Assembly (NCBI RefSeq): GCF_023055435.1
Contig: NW_025964112.1
Location: forward strand, 42,718,001-42,782,000
From: Haliotis rufescens
Taxonomy: Eukaryota
Direction of reading: 5' to 3'
Length of the DNA: 64,000 nucleotides
Below are positions 39,077-52,999 of the stretch, piece by piece. Position 1 is the first letter of the stretch. Every line of letters starts with the position of its first letter. The notes under the pieces are model-generated. The model ran no database searches and was not told the origin of the DNA. It saw only the letters and a list, made by a program, of their open reading frames with translations. A program made the translations under genes and the position numbers.

Positions 39077-40719
39077 AGTTTTCGATAATATAATTTAAAA
39101 ATGACATTATATCATAAAGAAGCTATCACGCTTGTGTGCTTTGGGGATGGCACATATCTGTACTGGGAGCAGACGCTCGTTAAGGCACGTTAAATACAAT
39201 GCATATTACTCTGAGGATATTTACCATACCAAAACACAAGCGCAATAACCTCCATGACTATATAAGCCATCAGTACAATGTAGATGACTGTAAAAAAAAC
39301 ATTTCCATAATCATAAGAAACATTTGCCAAAAGTAGAGTCCACTGTACGATTCCAACTACGTCATGAGCATGTGTTAGTGAATCACTATCAAATAGTGAT
39401 GATACCAGGTGTTCGCGAGAAGGAGAGCTCATCCAGCCTCACCGGTGGCCCCCTTCACAAATACATGTTTCATTAGTTCTCTGTTCACGTTATGCAATAT
39501 ATTCACAATCTGCATAGTGATATATATAACATATCAGAAATAGCAATATTTAAAATATTATGAAAAATAGATAAAGGCTATGTGGAATTAAAATACTCGA
39601 TTCTGAGTTGTCAATCCGAGGTTTCAAATAACGATAACCCTCTCATTGCAACAGCTTATTTGACAGCCGCATCGCCGCGGAAGCGCATATTTTGGCCATG
39701 CTCCATCTCAATTATCGATAGGTATTTAGAAATAGTTATATGTACAACTGTAGGCAAACAATTCAGAGGTTTAGTTATTATAATATTTAAATTATGTGTG
39801 GCAATATATATATTGGGCAGAAAACATGATAGGAATGGACCACGAAATTTATATGACATTGTACGTCTAAACAGTTCACAAACTTAGGGTGATTATTCGA
39901 GCCAAACATAGGTTTCATCACAATCATCGGATTTTTTAACCTGCCAAAGACAACATGCCAGATGTTCCCTCTGTCGCCGGTTTAAACTTCGATTGGTTAC
40001 ACTCCAAAGCCAGATTGTACTTGACTGCTAAGTCATTTACACTGATTTGACTCTATTTTTTTTATCGTTCTGTATTTCCGAAAAAAATATATTTAAACAA
40101 TACCTGGATTAGTTCTTTACTTTCAAAACAGCAATCGATACGAAGCGCACCGGCAATGCCATAAGGCAATCGGTTCACCTCGGAGGACGATTATCAAAAT
40201 GTGTATTATTCACTTATACAAATAGCATCTTTTTAGAACAATTCAGTATCCTGAACGTTTGTCACATGTGAATTGGAACATTCAATATTTGAACCGACTT
40301 CAAAATCTGACAGAATATTAAAGAATGTTCAACGTGCGACCCTGAAACTAATGTCGAAAATAAAGTGCAAATATGATAACGATAAAAGGACAACGCGAGA
40401 TCTAGATATATTTGCTTTAAAGGATTCTGTGATATGTATTTGCTTTTCTTGCTTTTTATTGTTTTTTTTATATTATAAACTGGTTAATTAATCATCCCAT
40501 ATATGCAAGGGACATCGTGTATTTCCTACGTGTGAACATAAAATAAAAATGTGGAAGTAAGCAAAGTGTTCAGTGTTCAAAGAGTAGCCAGGGTCATCCA
40601 AGACCTCGACATTCGCTGTGCCTAAGGCGTGACTAAATATCCTTTATTGTATGATCCTGGGTTCGAATCCCAGATTCGCTCTGATTAATTATTTGTCAGC
40701 ACCACATGCGTGCTCGTAG

Positions 40720-41040
40720 AGCATTTGTATCTAAACGTTGTAACCAAAGATAAAGTGACATCTCTATCTTCAAAAGTCCAGGACTGTTTCTCCAAAAATG
40801 AAAGCAAATGTCATCTGAGATTTACTGAGAAAACAAGACTTGAAATGCTCGACTTACTCATCCATCACATCAATGAGAAATTTGGGGTTAAGACACTTTC
40901 GCAAGAAGTGGCACACGCACTGGAACCAATAGTCCTGAGGTAGGAAAAGCTCACCTTTCGCGATCTCCTGGTGCTCTCACTATTTGATAGTGACCCAAAG
41001 ATCATGATGAAATTGAAATCGTACAATTGACTCTGCTTTA
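40720..41040 (+). mobile_element. Naiad-type PLE fragment plus 3' motif
   Basis: FTEK..LEMLDLLIHHINEKFG resembles the PLE RT segment ML.FLIDNIFV.FG; followed by GCTCACCTTTCGCG..CCTGG. Confidence 0.6.
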
Positions 41041-41045
41041 AGTAG

Positions 41046-41297
41046 AGTGAGTAAGTGGGTGTAACGCCGCTTTTAACAGTATTTCAGTTATATCAAGGCG
41101 TGTCAGCTTAATGTGTGAGGAAAGCCCGAAGTGATGCAGGTCTCAGACGTTTACCACTACGGTTGAGCCCACGAGCATGGGTTAAGGGCTGACAAACCTA
41201 GAAACATAATTGGAGCGAACCGGGATTCGAACCAACAATCATAGGTTTCTGGCGTGCCCAAGGGACAGCGAATCGCTGGGCCGCCCGTGCCCCTTGG
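41046..41297 (-). mobile_element. SINE family B
   Basis: Matches the other B copies. Confidence 0.88.
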
Positions 41298-43422
41298 GGA
41301 TTGGAGATTTCTTATAATTATGGAAATGGTGTTTGTCTCTTTTATTTCTTGGACTTGCATCACTTCAGGGTTACTGTTGTGCAGGATATGCTTACCCTCT
41401 TCGCGAACACCTGGTGTCATCAGTGAATTTTCAGTGGTCCATTCATATTATTTCCACAGCTATTTGCCTTTTACGCCAAGTGGAATCTGTTTCAGCTGAA
41501 AATCTAGGTTGGTTATTCTCTGCATTGGCAATTTATATTTACAACACCAAACTGGCACGAGGTGATATTACTGTGGTACTCTTAGCATTAAACTCATTGC
41601 TTTACTCAGTCATTGGAACATAATATTTCAATATGTAATGAGCTACATTACTGCACTGAAACCTCGTGCATATATCTGGGAATCTTACATAACGTTGCAA
41701 CATTTCATAGGATAAGGTCCATGCGACATAGTCATTGACACATCGCTCCAGGTGATCATGCTGCATGATCAGCGCACTCCCTCTGTATGTCAATCCACTC
41801 CGTGTTCTACTTGCTATTTGTTCACCTGACTCCTTATGTAGGTGCACTGACAATTAAGGAGCATGTGGCAAATATACATCCAAAGTTACACTGCAACGTA
41901 CACCACAGCAAGCACACATGATTTGTAAATAATCTAGCTTTTTTTCTAATATTCCATAATCCTTCTTACAACACGTAACCGCTGACATTGTATTCTACAC
42001 ATAAAAGCAACACCGTCGTAACTCCTCCACTTTGAAAACATTATTTTAAAGAACGACAAAAATAATAATGGGCGCATATGTGGCACTTTTCAAAAGTTTA
42101 TTGGCAGCTTCTCGCTTTGAAGACTCGCATTGAACGTGACCATTTGAAGTCGTAAAGCCAGTAAGCCGGGATATTTGTCAACGATTCTTCTTTCAACGAG
42201 ACAAGAAGGAACGACGAAATCCCCTAATCGGCATCACCTATATACTGGCCTCCCTGGATTACCTCCCTTTGAGTAAGGCTATTGTAAGACGTTTCCTTGA
42301 AAGAGTAGCCCCATGTTGTTAATCTGATTATCCGAGGGGATAACAATAATCAAAGATATTCTATGGCGTTTGAAAGTAATTGTACTTTAACATTTAACAC
42401 TGTAAAGTACATAATATCACATTCGTAAAGGTACAGGAGCTACCCAAGGAATATAAATAATTATAAAATCATGATAGATTTGTAAACTAATGTACTCACT
42501 TACAATACCATGACATTATTGCCACATACCTCTTTTGATTGTCTGAAAAATGTTCCAGAAAAAGGGTTCGGGCAAACATCATCCATAAAAGTTGACCAAA
42601 ATCATTTGTCTTTACCAAGACATTCCTATGCATTGATTCTATGCATCTTCCGGTACTCATCATATCATTGTTGTCATATTCAATTAGAACATACACATTT
42701 GATGTGTTTGCATTGTACAAACAAATATACGATGGCCCCATGTACGGGTAGAGCAAAACTTACCTAAATAAACATTTGATCTCCATCATTACCAAGAGAC
42801 TTTAAGAGTACCTAGCGTTGGTAACTGCAACTTTAACTACCATCCTTTTGACAGAGAAGTTCACACCTCTCTTCTTTGTTCAGTAGCATCTCAGTTCCCT
42901 TGTAGAATCACGAAGACGAAAATGTGCGCTGCGTCCATGGCTAGACGCGATGAGCAAATTGTAACAGGAGTTTGCTAAGCACTTAAAGTCGAGTCTGATT
43001 CGGGTCATGGGACATTCTCTGCAGAAAATAAATATTGAGAATGTGACGGAGCAAGCTTTGCCCCGAATGTACACAAGAAGGAGCGGCCACGTCGAGGGCT
43101 AGTTTACCATCAGCAGTCGTGCTGGAAAGTCTCTGTGCTCTTACCTGAACAGTTTATAACATCGTTTACGGCGTTCAGCATTAAAGAAGAAAGCGGATAC
43201 ACCTTTTGTTCAGACTTACGTTTGGTCTGCGTCTTGAATTTGAAGACTATTCAAAAGTTGGTGTGTGATATACAACGTGGATTATTCTTGTTTGGACTAC
43301 TATAATTTGTGTCTGTGATGACTGCTTTCAGTAATATGTAATATCGTTGCATGCAATGGAATAGCACCTCCAACACTGACATATAGTTGCTTTACAACAT
43401 CTGTGGTTGCTGCGAAATCAAG

Positions 43423-43492
43423 ATGGCGCGACACATTAGTGTGTTGAAACATCCGGCAGTATTACTTATAGCTACGCTGGCATCTGTCTGTG
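43423..43492 (+). CDS. Ly6/uPAR gene 2, exon 1 (signal peptide)
   Basis: AAGATGG start context; MARHISVLKHPAVLLIATLASVC; phase-1 donor G|GTGAGT. Confidence 0.8.
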
Positions 43493-44369
43493 GTGAGTGG
43501 AAAAGCAAAGATGAACACTTGGAATATTATTCCAACTTGTTCGTAAAACATAACATATAATGTTGTCTGTTTTATATAATTGTAGTTATGTTAGTATGCA
43601 ATTTTAAGTTTCATTAATTAACCTCGACACATTAAAGTGCGTCTGAACAGTACATTTATTTCAGAACAAAATCGAAATTACTCTAATTTATGGTATTAAT
43701 ATATGCTTAAATCCCAACCATGTATCGACGTCTAATGGTTCGTCATATTTCTCTATACTGTAATTAAGAATATTGAACTAATATTCTGTGAGCATGAAGG
43801 AAAAGAGGGATACATTCTCATGCCAAACAATGCAATAATCCACCTGCTAAAATTCAGCTCAGTAAGGAAAATATAAATGATATAATTCCAATATCGTGGT
43901 TTGTGTATAATATCATTTGTGTGTGGAAAAGATGCTATATGTCATATTTATTACACTGTTTTACAAACATGTCCACGGAAGAGTAATTCTTCAACAAACA
44001 CCTTTCGTCATCCATACTTGTTTGCATAAAAAACCCATCATCTTTTGTCAGACACAACCCATTTAATTGTTTATTGATTAGTTTATTTTAGGTTCCATTC
44101 TTCAATCTATTAAATATAATTTTCAATGCTGAAAAGTAAGAAATTGAATTTTCTAAATCTTTAAAATGTCTTGTTTTGGTCCGAAGGTAATGCAAATTTA
44201 CCTCCTTGCCAGATTTCCTTGTAAAGGATTAAAGCCGACGTTTTGAAAGAAAACGTTTGTTCCCTTGCCTGTTGGCAGCTTCATAGTCTCAGTGTAAACA
44301 TTTCCCTTTCACGTCCAAGAAGAAAACTAACTGAGATTTAAGGAAGTACATAGAAGGTGAATGAGATAA

Positions 44370-44742
44370 ATAGTTTTCAACCGAATGACGTTTTTGTCTT
44401 AAAGTGCATTGACTTTTTCAAATGCTTGGCGTACTTTATTCAAGTTCATAACGTAATTAGGTTTCAAGTGGTTGGCATGCTACTTTCAGTCAGCTGTTTG
44501 ACAAACTAGCTATTTACAAATGCACGGCGTAATTGGTTTTCAAGTAAAAGACGTACAATAATATTTTCAAGTGAACGACGTATTTTTGTTACACGTGAAT
44601 GATGTAGTTTGTTTTTTCGGGTAATTGATGTATTTTCGGGTTATTGATGTATTTTCCTGATAATTTCGGGTGTTTGATGTACTAATTTGTTTTCAAGTGA
44701 ATGACGTTCAATTTTCAAGTGCATGACGTATTTTGTTTTCAA
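44370..44742. repeat. Degenerate short-unit tandem repeat (TTTTCAAGTGAATGACGT-like)
   Basis: Repeated motif running up to the exon 2 acceptor. Confidence 0.7.
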
Positions 44743-44749
44743 TTCACAG

Positions 44750-44899
44750 TGTGTCGGCAGATGTGCTATAGCTGCAACTACGTTGGCAACATCCTGAGTC
44801 AAGGGTACGAGTGTGTCTCTTATCCAAAAAACTGGACATATGGAAATTGGAGACTTAGGTGCAACACTAAATGTACGACACAAAGTACATACGATAAGG
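44750..44899 (+). CDS. Ly6/uPAR gene 2, exon 2
   Basis: QMCYSCNY..YECVSYP..RCNTKCTTQSTYDK; phase 1-1. Confidence 0.9.
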
Positions 44900-45249
44900 G
44901 TGAGTGTAACACATATTCACTAATAATTACACATCCATCCATTTCATAAACGGACATCAGTGTAGCCATGTTTGAACTGAGGAAAGGGAATGAGTGATAT
45001 ATGTGCACCCAATGATTTATAAATCTGTGAAATCAGACACTGCTTTGTTGCGGAGTTTCCATTGAACCGATTTCAAGTGATCAGAACATACTTCTTCACA
45101 TACAAACAATATTATGGTCCACTGTCCTGATCAGGAATAGTTAAGAGTGTTATAATGTAGAATAATGTGTAGCACAGGTCGGAAATGAAAATCAATGAGG
45201 ATATTGATGATGGAGTGACCACTGTTGTATAATTGTAACTCAACCGGTC

Positions 45250-45303
45250 ATGAGGTAAATCGGGGTTTAACGTCCCGTTCAAGATTGCACGTATGTAGCG
45301 ACG

Positions 45304-45334
<31 letters not shown>

Positions 45335-45621
45335 ATGCGTGAAGTATGTGTGTGTGTGTGTACTAGTCCGGACTAATACCGAGTTTATAGTGCTGGCCCA
45401 CTGAGATACCGTGCCGCAGTTTAACACGAATACCCTACTCAGACAAAGTATACTGACTCCGAGCCGACCAGTCCTTGTTTTAGCCCCTTCATACCGAACG
45501 CCAGGCAGGGTAACAACAAGTGCCATCTTTTAACGTCTATTGGTATGACAGGGCCAGGGTTTGAACCCCGGACCTTCCTCTCTCCGGTCAGACGTTCTAC
45601 CACTAGACCACGGCGGTGGTC
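45250..45621 (-). mobile_element. SINE family C with internal (GCAC)n
   Basis: Full length; CAACC..CATGA flanks. Confidence 0.88.
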
Positions 45622-45978
45622 CAACCAACCATGACCTTGCCATATCGGAAATTAATATTTCCATCAAACAAGACTGTGTAAATTAATTTCAAAATGAGAC
45701 ATTACAAGTTAGCCTTACCCAGCTCAATTTCTACTATAATAGATCCAATTTATGTAATAATATCAACTATGGTACATGTCATTCGTAATGTGATTCTTAA
45801 TGAATGTGTATGAGACGAATTGATACCATGGAACTGATTGACTTTGGGTCCTTTAGACAGAGGCGGCGCCATTACCTCAACAATGATAGGCTAGACGTCG
45901 TTACACATTAAGGCCCACATTTCCGTGTAGGACCGCATTTTGATCTGAAATAGCTCATGTCAATATTCTCTTCCCCAG

Positions 45979-46232
45979 AGACCGGCAAGGCCACTTTCAT
46001 GGCTCGTGGATGTAGCGGTTCCATGAAGGTTCCTGAAGACTATTGTGAGGAAGACGACTTCAGCGTCCGCTGCTACTTCACCTGCGAAGACCACTACTGC
46101 AACGATGGGCCTGGTATCGACGACAGTTTCCTGGAAATCATTTCTGATGGAGGAGGTGCCGCTAGTCGAGTGTCACTTATTACTGTTCTGCTGGAAACAC
46201 TCGTAGCTTTTTTCATCAAGATGTGTCTGTAG
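45979..46232 (+). CDS. Ly6/uPAR gene 2, exon 3 (GPI signal)
   Basis: ARGC..YC..RCYFTCEDHYCN, GGGAAS spacer and hydrophobic tail; phase 1. Confidence 0.9.
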
Positions 46233-47926
46233 TTGGAAGAAAATACCTAATACTTGTATAGTATATCAACATCCACATATGGACCACCTGTCATGAGATT
46301 TTCTAATTTCCACATTATGGACTTAAACGTCAATGATGAAATAATGTTAATGATTTGAACATTTTTAAAAATAGATAATATACTTTATTGCTTTTGCCAA
46401 AGATGAAATTAGCAATTGACCGACGATGTGACGTTGTGGGAAGCGGTGTGGCTTTGAATTGTTCGAAAAGTATGAACTGTACGTTGGACATTCTGGATGT
46501 ACTGTGAAAATTGAGTATCGAAAAAAATCCGCGACACAAACCTTCAGAGGTTCAATTGGATGTTCTGAAGCACTGACGGAAAAATATCCACTCTCGATAC
46601 AATTCCTAGCCACCACTCCTGAAATGATCGGTCCCTTAGCGACAAACACCTTTTTTTAAACATTTGAATTTCGCTTAAATGATCTGAAAAAATCTAAAAA
46701 TTAATAAGAAAATATACTTCATTTATTTTATATAAGCTTTTCGAACTTACATACCATTTTCACAGATTTCAGTATTTTTAAACAAATAGTGATGCAGTCA
46801 AAATGGCACCCATGTCTTCTTATTGCAATGCTTTTATGCTTCTATATATGCTTAGAGTATATAGCATCAATTATGCAAGAAGTGTTCATTTCGCATGTTT
46901 CGTAAATTAATGTTTGCGCAGTGATTCATAGAATTCAAACATGAAACAGCGAACTTTTTTTATATATAATCTGTCGATGCTTAAAGCAACACCGTGCGGT
47001 AAATTGTGAAGCATGTTTACAAAAAGGGCAGCTGTTACATCAGCTCTTACATCACTAAGTGCCTTACCGGAAACCACATAATGCTGAAGCTGATTAACCC
47101 GGATAAAAAAGTCAGACATTGTCTGACACTCCCCCGACAATGCCGGGTCCAACTACTGCTAAGTATATATACCTCATACCATTGCCTTTGTTTCCATATT
47201 AAATATATTGATATTGTTTTGTTCATCAAATTAAAAATATTTATTTCCAATCACAATTTCTATATGTATATTGTTTATGCTTGAGTTATGATCTATTGTG
47301 TTTGGTAAAAAAATTGATTTTAACTTAAATTGTTACGTTTCTTTTGAAAAGATTTATGAAAAATCTGTTTTATTATTTTAATTAAACATGGAATTAAAAT
47401 CATATTTACACATACTCCCTGTACGGCTTTTATTAGAAATGTAACATTTACAAGTGCATATGGTACCGTACATATATGTACAGTGAAATCACGTGATTCC
47501 CGAAAGAAAACTTTCCGAACATTAGGAACACCTATGTTATACACACATTAAAAAAAATCGTTAATTAAGAAGTTAACCCAAACGACATCGTGTTATAAGT
47601 CCGGATAAATGGTTCACTTTAAACAATTACACGGACATACAGAGTGATTTAAGATAAGGTAATCGGACTGATTACTATTGAACAATTTGATGTAACTTGC
47701 AATTGCATAGAACAGCTTTGAAGGTACTTAGACTTGTACCGGTACAACACCCCTAGATGGGGATGCTGAGGTAGTTCAGACCTTATAAAACGAGGACAAC
47801 GTTTAGAACTCCCCAATTCCATAGCCAAATCAAATACAATTCTCGTGGCAACATTCCAAACAACCTGACACATTCACTTAACTGGACACTATTCCTACCA
47901 AAAGTTGAAGCGTACTGAATATGATT

Positions 47927-48208
47927 GAGTGAGCGAGTGAGTTGGGTGTAACGCCGCTTTTAACAGTATTCCAGTTATATCACGGCGTGTCAGCTTAATG
48001 TGGGAGGAAAGCCCGAAGTGATGCAGGTCTCAGACGTTTACCACTTCGGTGCAACCCACGAGCACGGGTATGGTGCTGACAAACCTAGAAACAAAATCGG
48101 GGCGAAACGGGATTCGAACCCACTATCATAGGTTTCTGGCGTGCCCAAGGGACGCAACTCTGCACAGCGAATCGCGGCGCCTTAGACGACTGGACGACCC
48201 GTGCCCCC
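47927..48208 (-). mobile_element. SINE family B, full length
   Basis: Near consensus; TSD-like TACTGAATATGA/TATTAAATATGA. Confidence 0.9.
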
Positions 48209-49040
48209 GTATTAAATATGACAACACGGTATGACATGAACATCATTCGACTCTTGTTTGACCAAGGCTAAGATATATAAGGTATCAGTAAAGCTTTCAA
48301 AACGTGTTATGGTTTCCGTATTTTTTTAGATGAACAGTTGACTTGCCTTTGCGTGTGTTTGTGACGGATGCCAGTGGAGTAGGATACGTTCACCTTTTCG
48401 CGAACACGGGAAAGGTTTTGTCGCTTTTGTCGCTTTTATTATACAAATACAAAAATAGCGATCAATGTTTAGAGATCATATACCGGGTTGAATGTTGACA
48501 TGAGCGGTGTTAATCCACTTTCAGAGCCGGGCCAACACAGATGAGTCGTTTTCCTTGCATACGTTCTTGTGACAGTACAACCATCTAGCGAACAGTGTTT
48601 GAGATGTAAATATTCTGTCAAATTACATAAATATTAAATATTTCTTGGGACCGTTTGCGTCAGTAATTCTAACGTAAAACCTCCCTGTTTCAAGGTGATT
48701 GTAAATGTTGACAATGGGTCCGAATATGATATGTAATAGTTGTTAATGTGTCCCATACTCACTTGTTTACACCCTTTTACAGAAAGTTCAATTTCGATTT
48801 ATCAGTTGAAACTTTAATTTTAAACATGTGTACTTTCCGGAACTAAATCTGATTATTATAAGAAGATATGGTGTTAAAATGTTACACGGAAATGTAACTC
48901 ATTCCATGCGCCTCAGACGTGTTTGAAACATGTAACTATATTTGGTTTGTCATGATGATCAAACACTGAAATGTGGTTTGAATTGACAAGGCAGGACGCC
49001 AAAGTTTCTTTACCTTCATATAACACACTTAATTCACACA

Positions 49041-49302
49041 GGGGGCACGGTCGTCTAAGGCGCCGCGATTCGCTGTGCAGAGATGCGTCCCTTGGGCACG
49101 CCAGGAACCTGTGATTGTGGGTTCGAATCCCGGTTCCACCGATTATGTTTCTCGGTTTGTCAGCACCAGATCCGTGCTCGTGGGTTGCACAGAATTGGTA
49201 AACGTCCGAGACCTGCATCACTTCGGGCTTTCCTCCCACATTAAGCTGACACGCCGCGATATATTCATATTATGATATGGGTAAAATTGCTTCAAATATT
49301 GA
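49041..49302 (+). mobile_element. SINE family B, tail truncated
   Basis: Matches the B consensus. Confidence 0.88.
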
Positions 49303-50647
49303 TAAGTATTCAAACTCTGTGGCCAACAACTTGAGTTTGACGTTGTTACCGTGCGCAATGAGGTAAAAATAAAGTCGTCCCATAGATGTTTTTATGACAA
49401 GAACGAAAGTTGGGTTTTAGTTTTTACCTATCATTTGCGGCAGAAAACAAATTCAACAAATAACAAAAATGATGTTTACAAGACAAAATACTTCTTTTTT
49501 TTTCAACTGCAGAAACAAACATGCATATAACACGTTCATGTCAGCCTCTCCCTGGCGGAAATGCACAACAGACATCGAGACATTATCCTAATGACATCCT
49601 AAGCACGATTACTTATTTCAGTAACACAACAAAACACACATCCTGGTTTAAACGTCAGCTATCTACCTGTGCTGCGCACATACCTGGCGTATGTACCTGT
49701 AGGTGGTAGGTTCACGCCCACAGGTAAATATTGACAAGCGTTAAACGATCACGACCTGACAATGCCCACGTAGATTTATCTAGCGTCGCACTGGACACAC
49801 GTGAAACACAGAATGAAGGTGTGATTGTAACCCTGATGACGCATGTAGGTCAGAACAAAGGCTGTCGAAGAAGACTGTGAGGTTATCAATGAGCCATGTG
49901 CATGCAATATTCACACTTAACTGTCATGGACAAGTTAATTAGGCGCTTTGTGTGAACCTGATACGTCCTACAAATCGAAGTGTATATAAAGAAGCTGATT
50001 TTGAATAGGGAGGCATAAAATACCCTTTAAGGAGATATTTTTATACCATCGTATTTATAATAAATCATAAATGGATTTAAAGGGATTCTTCGAATTGTAA
50101 GCAAGGAAGATGATTACCACTGGTGATCTGTATCAAAGTTTTATTGCATATTTACAACAAAATCATATTGAGAAAGCAAGTTAACTGAGAGTTCTAGTGA
50201 AACATCGTTAGTCTTAACCCCTTTAATCAGGAAACTCACTTTAATGCTGGGCGTGCTTACACGTTAAATTACTCTGTACCAATTATGCGTTTCTCAGGAC
50301 ATTCGTTAATCTGGACACTTTCACTATTTCCGTAATGTCATAATTATGTAAGTTAAGGTTCAGTTATTATACCGTAAGGTAGTTTATGGTTTATCCACGC
50401 GGCACTTGGTGACATGGGTAGACCAGTAATCAAAGGTGCGGCTATTTGCCGGGCAGAGTCACGTAAAACCTATTGGTGTTGGCGGGTGTGACCGAAGTGG
50501 TTAAAGCGTGACACATGCATAACTTCAGGCTTTCCTTCCAGGTCAAGCTGACACGCTGTGATATAACTCTCATAATGTTCAATACGGCACCAAATCAACC
50601 TTATTACTGACTGACAGACTGACTCGCTCACACGATAGTCTCATATA

Positions 50648-51118
50648 TTACTTCCACGGTACAAAATGATATCTTGTTTGCTTATACAAATCACTACACA
50701 TCCGTTTGGGGACAAAACTCTGGTTGGCCCTGTATATCTGTGGCAAACGGCTTGTTGATAGTTTGCAGCCTTTTTGTACAGGTATATTCATGAACCTTTG
50801 TGCGTCCTTCTCAGATGCTTGACCCGCATTTATTTTCCGGATGGGCACGTCTTCCAGATATATAAACTCCTTTTGCCGCCTAGGCTTGTTTGAGTCTTTG
50901 TTGTCTTTGAACACATACGAGATCATATCTGGGTCCTTGTACAGGATCAGGATATCCTCATGTTCGTTGGACCCCCAGGTAACTTTCACGTCTAATATCT
51001 GACTGTTTCGTTCTCTTAAAACCATTTGGAGAGCATCATCATCTGACGAGAAACAGCTAAAGCTGCCAAGGTCCTTGTATAAACCGATGAGACGCGGTAC
51101 TCTAGGTGTGTCCATCAG
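50648..51118 (-). CDS. Uncharacterised protein, terminal exon
   Basis: Acceptor TTCTCATTGTAG, phase 0, 156 codons to TAA. Confidence 0.75.
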   Translation of the reverse strand: MMDTPRVPRLIGLYKDLGSFSCFSSDDDALQMVLRERNSQILDVKVTWGSNEHEDILILYKDPDMISYVFKDNKDSNKPRRQKEFIYLEDVPIRKINAGQASEKDAQRFMNIPVQKGCKLSTSRLPQIYRANQSFVPKRMCSDLYKQTRYHFVPWK

Positions 51119-51418
51119 CTACAATGAGAACATTAATATGAAGATGTAATTGGTGCATACAACGGAATATTTTAGAAACAATATATTGATGACTGCAGCG
51201 TAAAATGACGCTCACAGTTGAACGGATTTTAATGTCAAGATTTGAGCAATTTATGACGCCGTGATATTTTACGAAAAGCGACAAAATCACTCACTCACTC
51301 GTGGTAACATGTGGTTAAGAAATTTCGAAGTTCACATTTATGAAAAAAAGAACTGTAAGACATTATTGTACACAGGCTGCTTTAATTAGGTATTTGCATC
51401 CTATAGTGTTTGACATAC

Positions 51419-52999
51419 CTTGTCGTCAGCCTTCACGATATCTCCACAGCTGTGTGAACGTAGATACATCTGTCTGGTTCTTAGGGTGGTCCTTGTGATC
51501 GGCACGATGTCTCTAGATCTGTTATATGACTTGTTAGTTTGTGAAATGGAAGGAAACGTAAGACCACCACGCATGGCTTTCCATGTCTTCATGGTCACAT
51601 TGGTCTCATTCATGAACGTTTCTATATCGACCTCTGTGTAGTTCTTACGAAGGTGTACAGTATTCCGGGAAGAACATTTTGTCATATTTGGCAAAGACAA
51701 AGAACGTGTGAGTGGAAAGTTTATGAAACTATAAGTCCTGTTGTTTGAATGTTTTGATAGCTGTCTTCGTTTTCGTAAAAGGTTGCTGCTGACACTCGGG
51801 GTAGATTCTAGCACAGGCGCATTTGACTGCCCAATATATGTTTCATTGTCCTTGATAATCCCTGTTTCTGTACCCTGTCTGCATTGTCCATTCATATTTC
51901 TATGATGTTTCAGTAGGCCTGTTATCGAGTGAGTTTCTGCTCCCTTGTCCGCACCAGGGGTTTGTGTAGCTACAGACCTAGTTGATGTTCTTGACGAAAA
52001 TTCACTCAGCACCTTCTCGTAGCTATCGTCTGCAACGTCAAGCAAGTGGTTCAGGAGGAAACTCGGAGACTGATATCTCCTCCTCGTGAATTCCCTCTGA
52101 ATTGTCTCTGTGTATCTGTTCTTAGGCCTCCTGTGACGTCCTTCAGTCCTGCTCATCTGACTGGCAACTGTTGATACAGATTGTGTGCATAATGATGGTC
52201 CTGTGTGAACGCTATGTTTGCCTTCTGAATTCTCACTACATCTACTCGTTTGACCATGTACCTCTGGATGGGATGTACACCTTTGCCCTGAGATTGTGGA
52301 ATTATATAGATGTGACTCATTGTCATGTGTTCGTGCATGTGGGTATTCAGTGGGTAGAGAATTGCGAGATTTAGTTAATGGCATCAAGGAGTCTACCGCT
52401 GCACCTTGCATATGTGATGCATTATTTATTGTAGAACTCGTTGTTTCAACTCTAGGAAATATAACGTCTTCTTTAGTTGACCTGCTGGTGGCTTGAGTGA
52501 CACCAATAACATCGGATCCTATAAGCTCTGGGAGCAAAACACCTTTTGGTGACGACGTTACACCGTTTCTGAAATCCTCAAAATTTTCTGTTTTATGGCC
52601 ACCTTGGTACTGTACTGGATACTCCCGATGCATCCGCCTTCGTTGTGTGTGTCGTGATATTGCTGGACTTCTATCGTGACTTCTGGACCCGTCACTGTCT
52701 TGGAATATCCGACGTCGTGAGGCATGACCTGAGTTTAGAGAAGTCGTTAAACGGCCACCAGACCCGAAACTATCTTTGAGAACACGCGTGTGGGACACTG
52801 TTGACGGTGATGTTCGGGACGCTGTTGACGGTGATCCCGAGTAGGATGTGTTGATATGTTGGTTTGTGTGTCTAGCATCAGATATGGATTTGAGGACAGC
52901 AGCACTGAGTTTTGATTCATGGCTCAAGACGTCCCTATACTCACTAACCAGACTGTGTAGATCTGAAGAAGCGTGGCTGACCGATGTCCATCTGGAGTT
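51419..52999 (-). CDS. Uncharacterised S/T/R/H-rich protein, 1581-nt internal exon
   Basis: 527 open non-repetitive codons; acceptor TGTTTGCAG, donor GTATGT, phase 0-0. Confidence 0.85.

Noticed and set aside
41385-41425. CTGATGA..GAA on the minus strand of the Naiad 3' motif as a hammerhead
   Set aside because: No valid stem II directly followed by GAAA.
41602-41853. Kringle-like SGLTYRG ORF
   Set aside because: Lacks the kringle Cys/Trp pattern and a splice partner.
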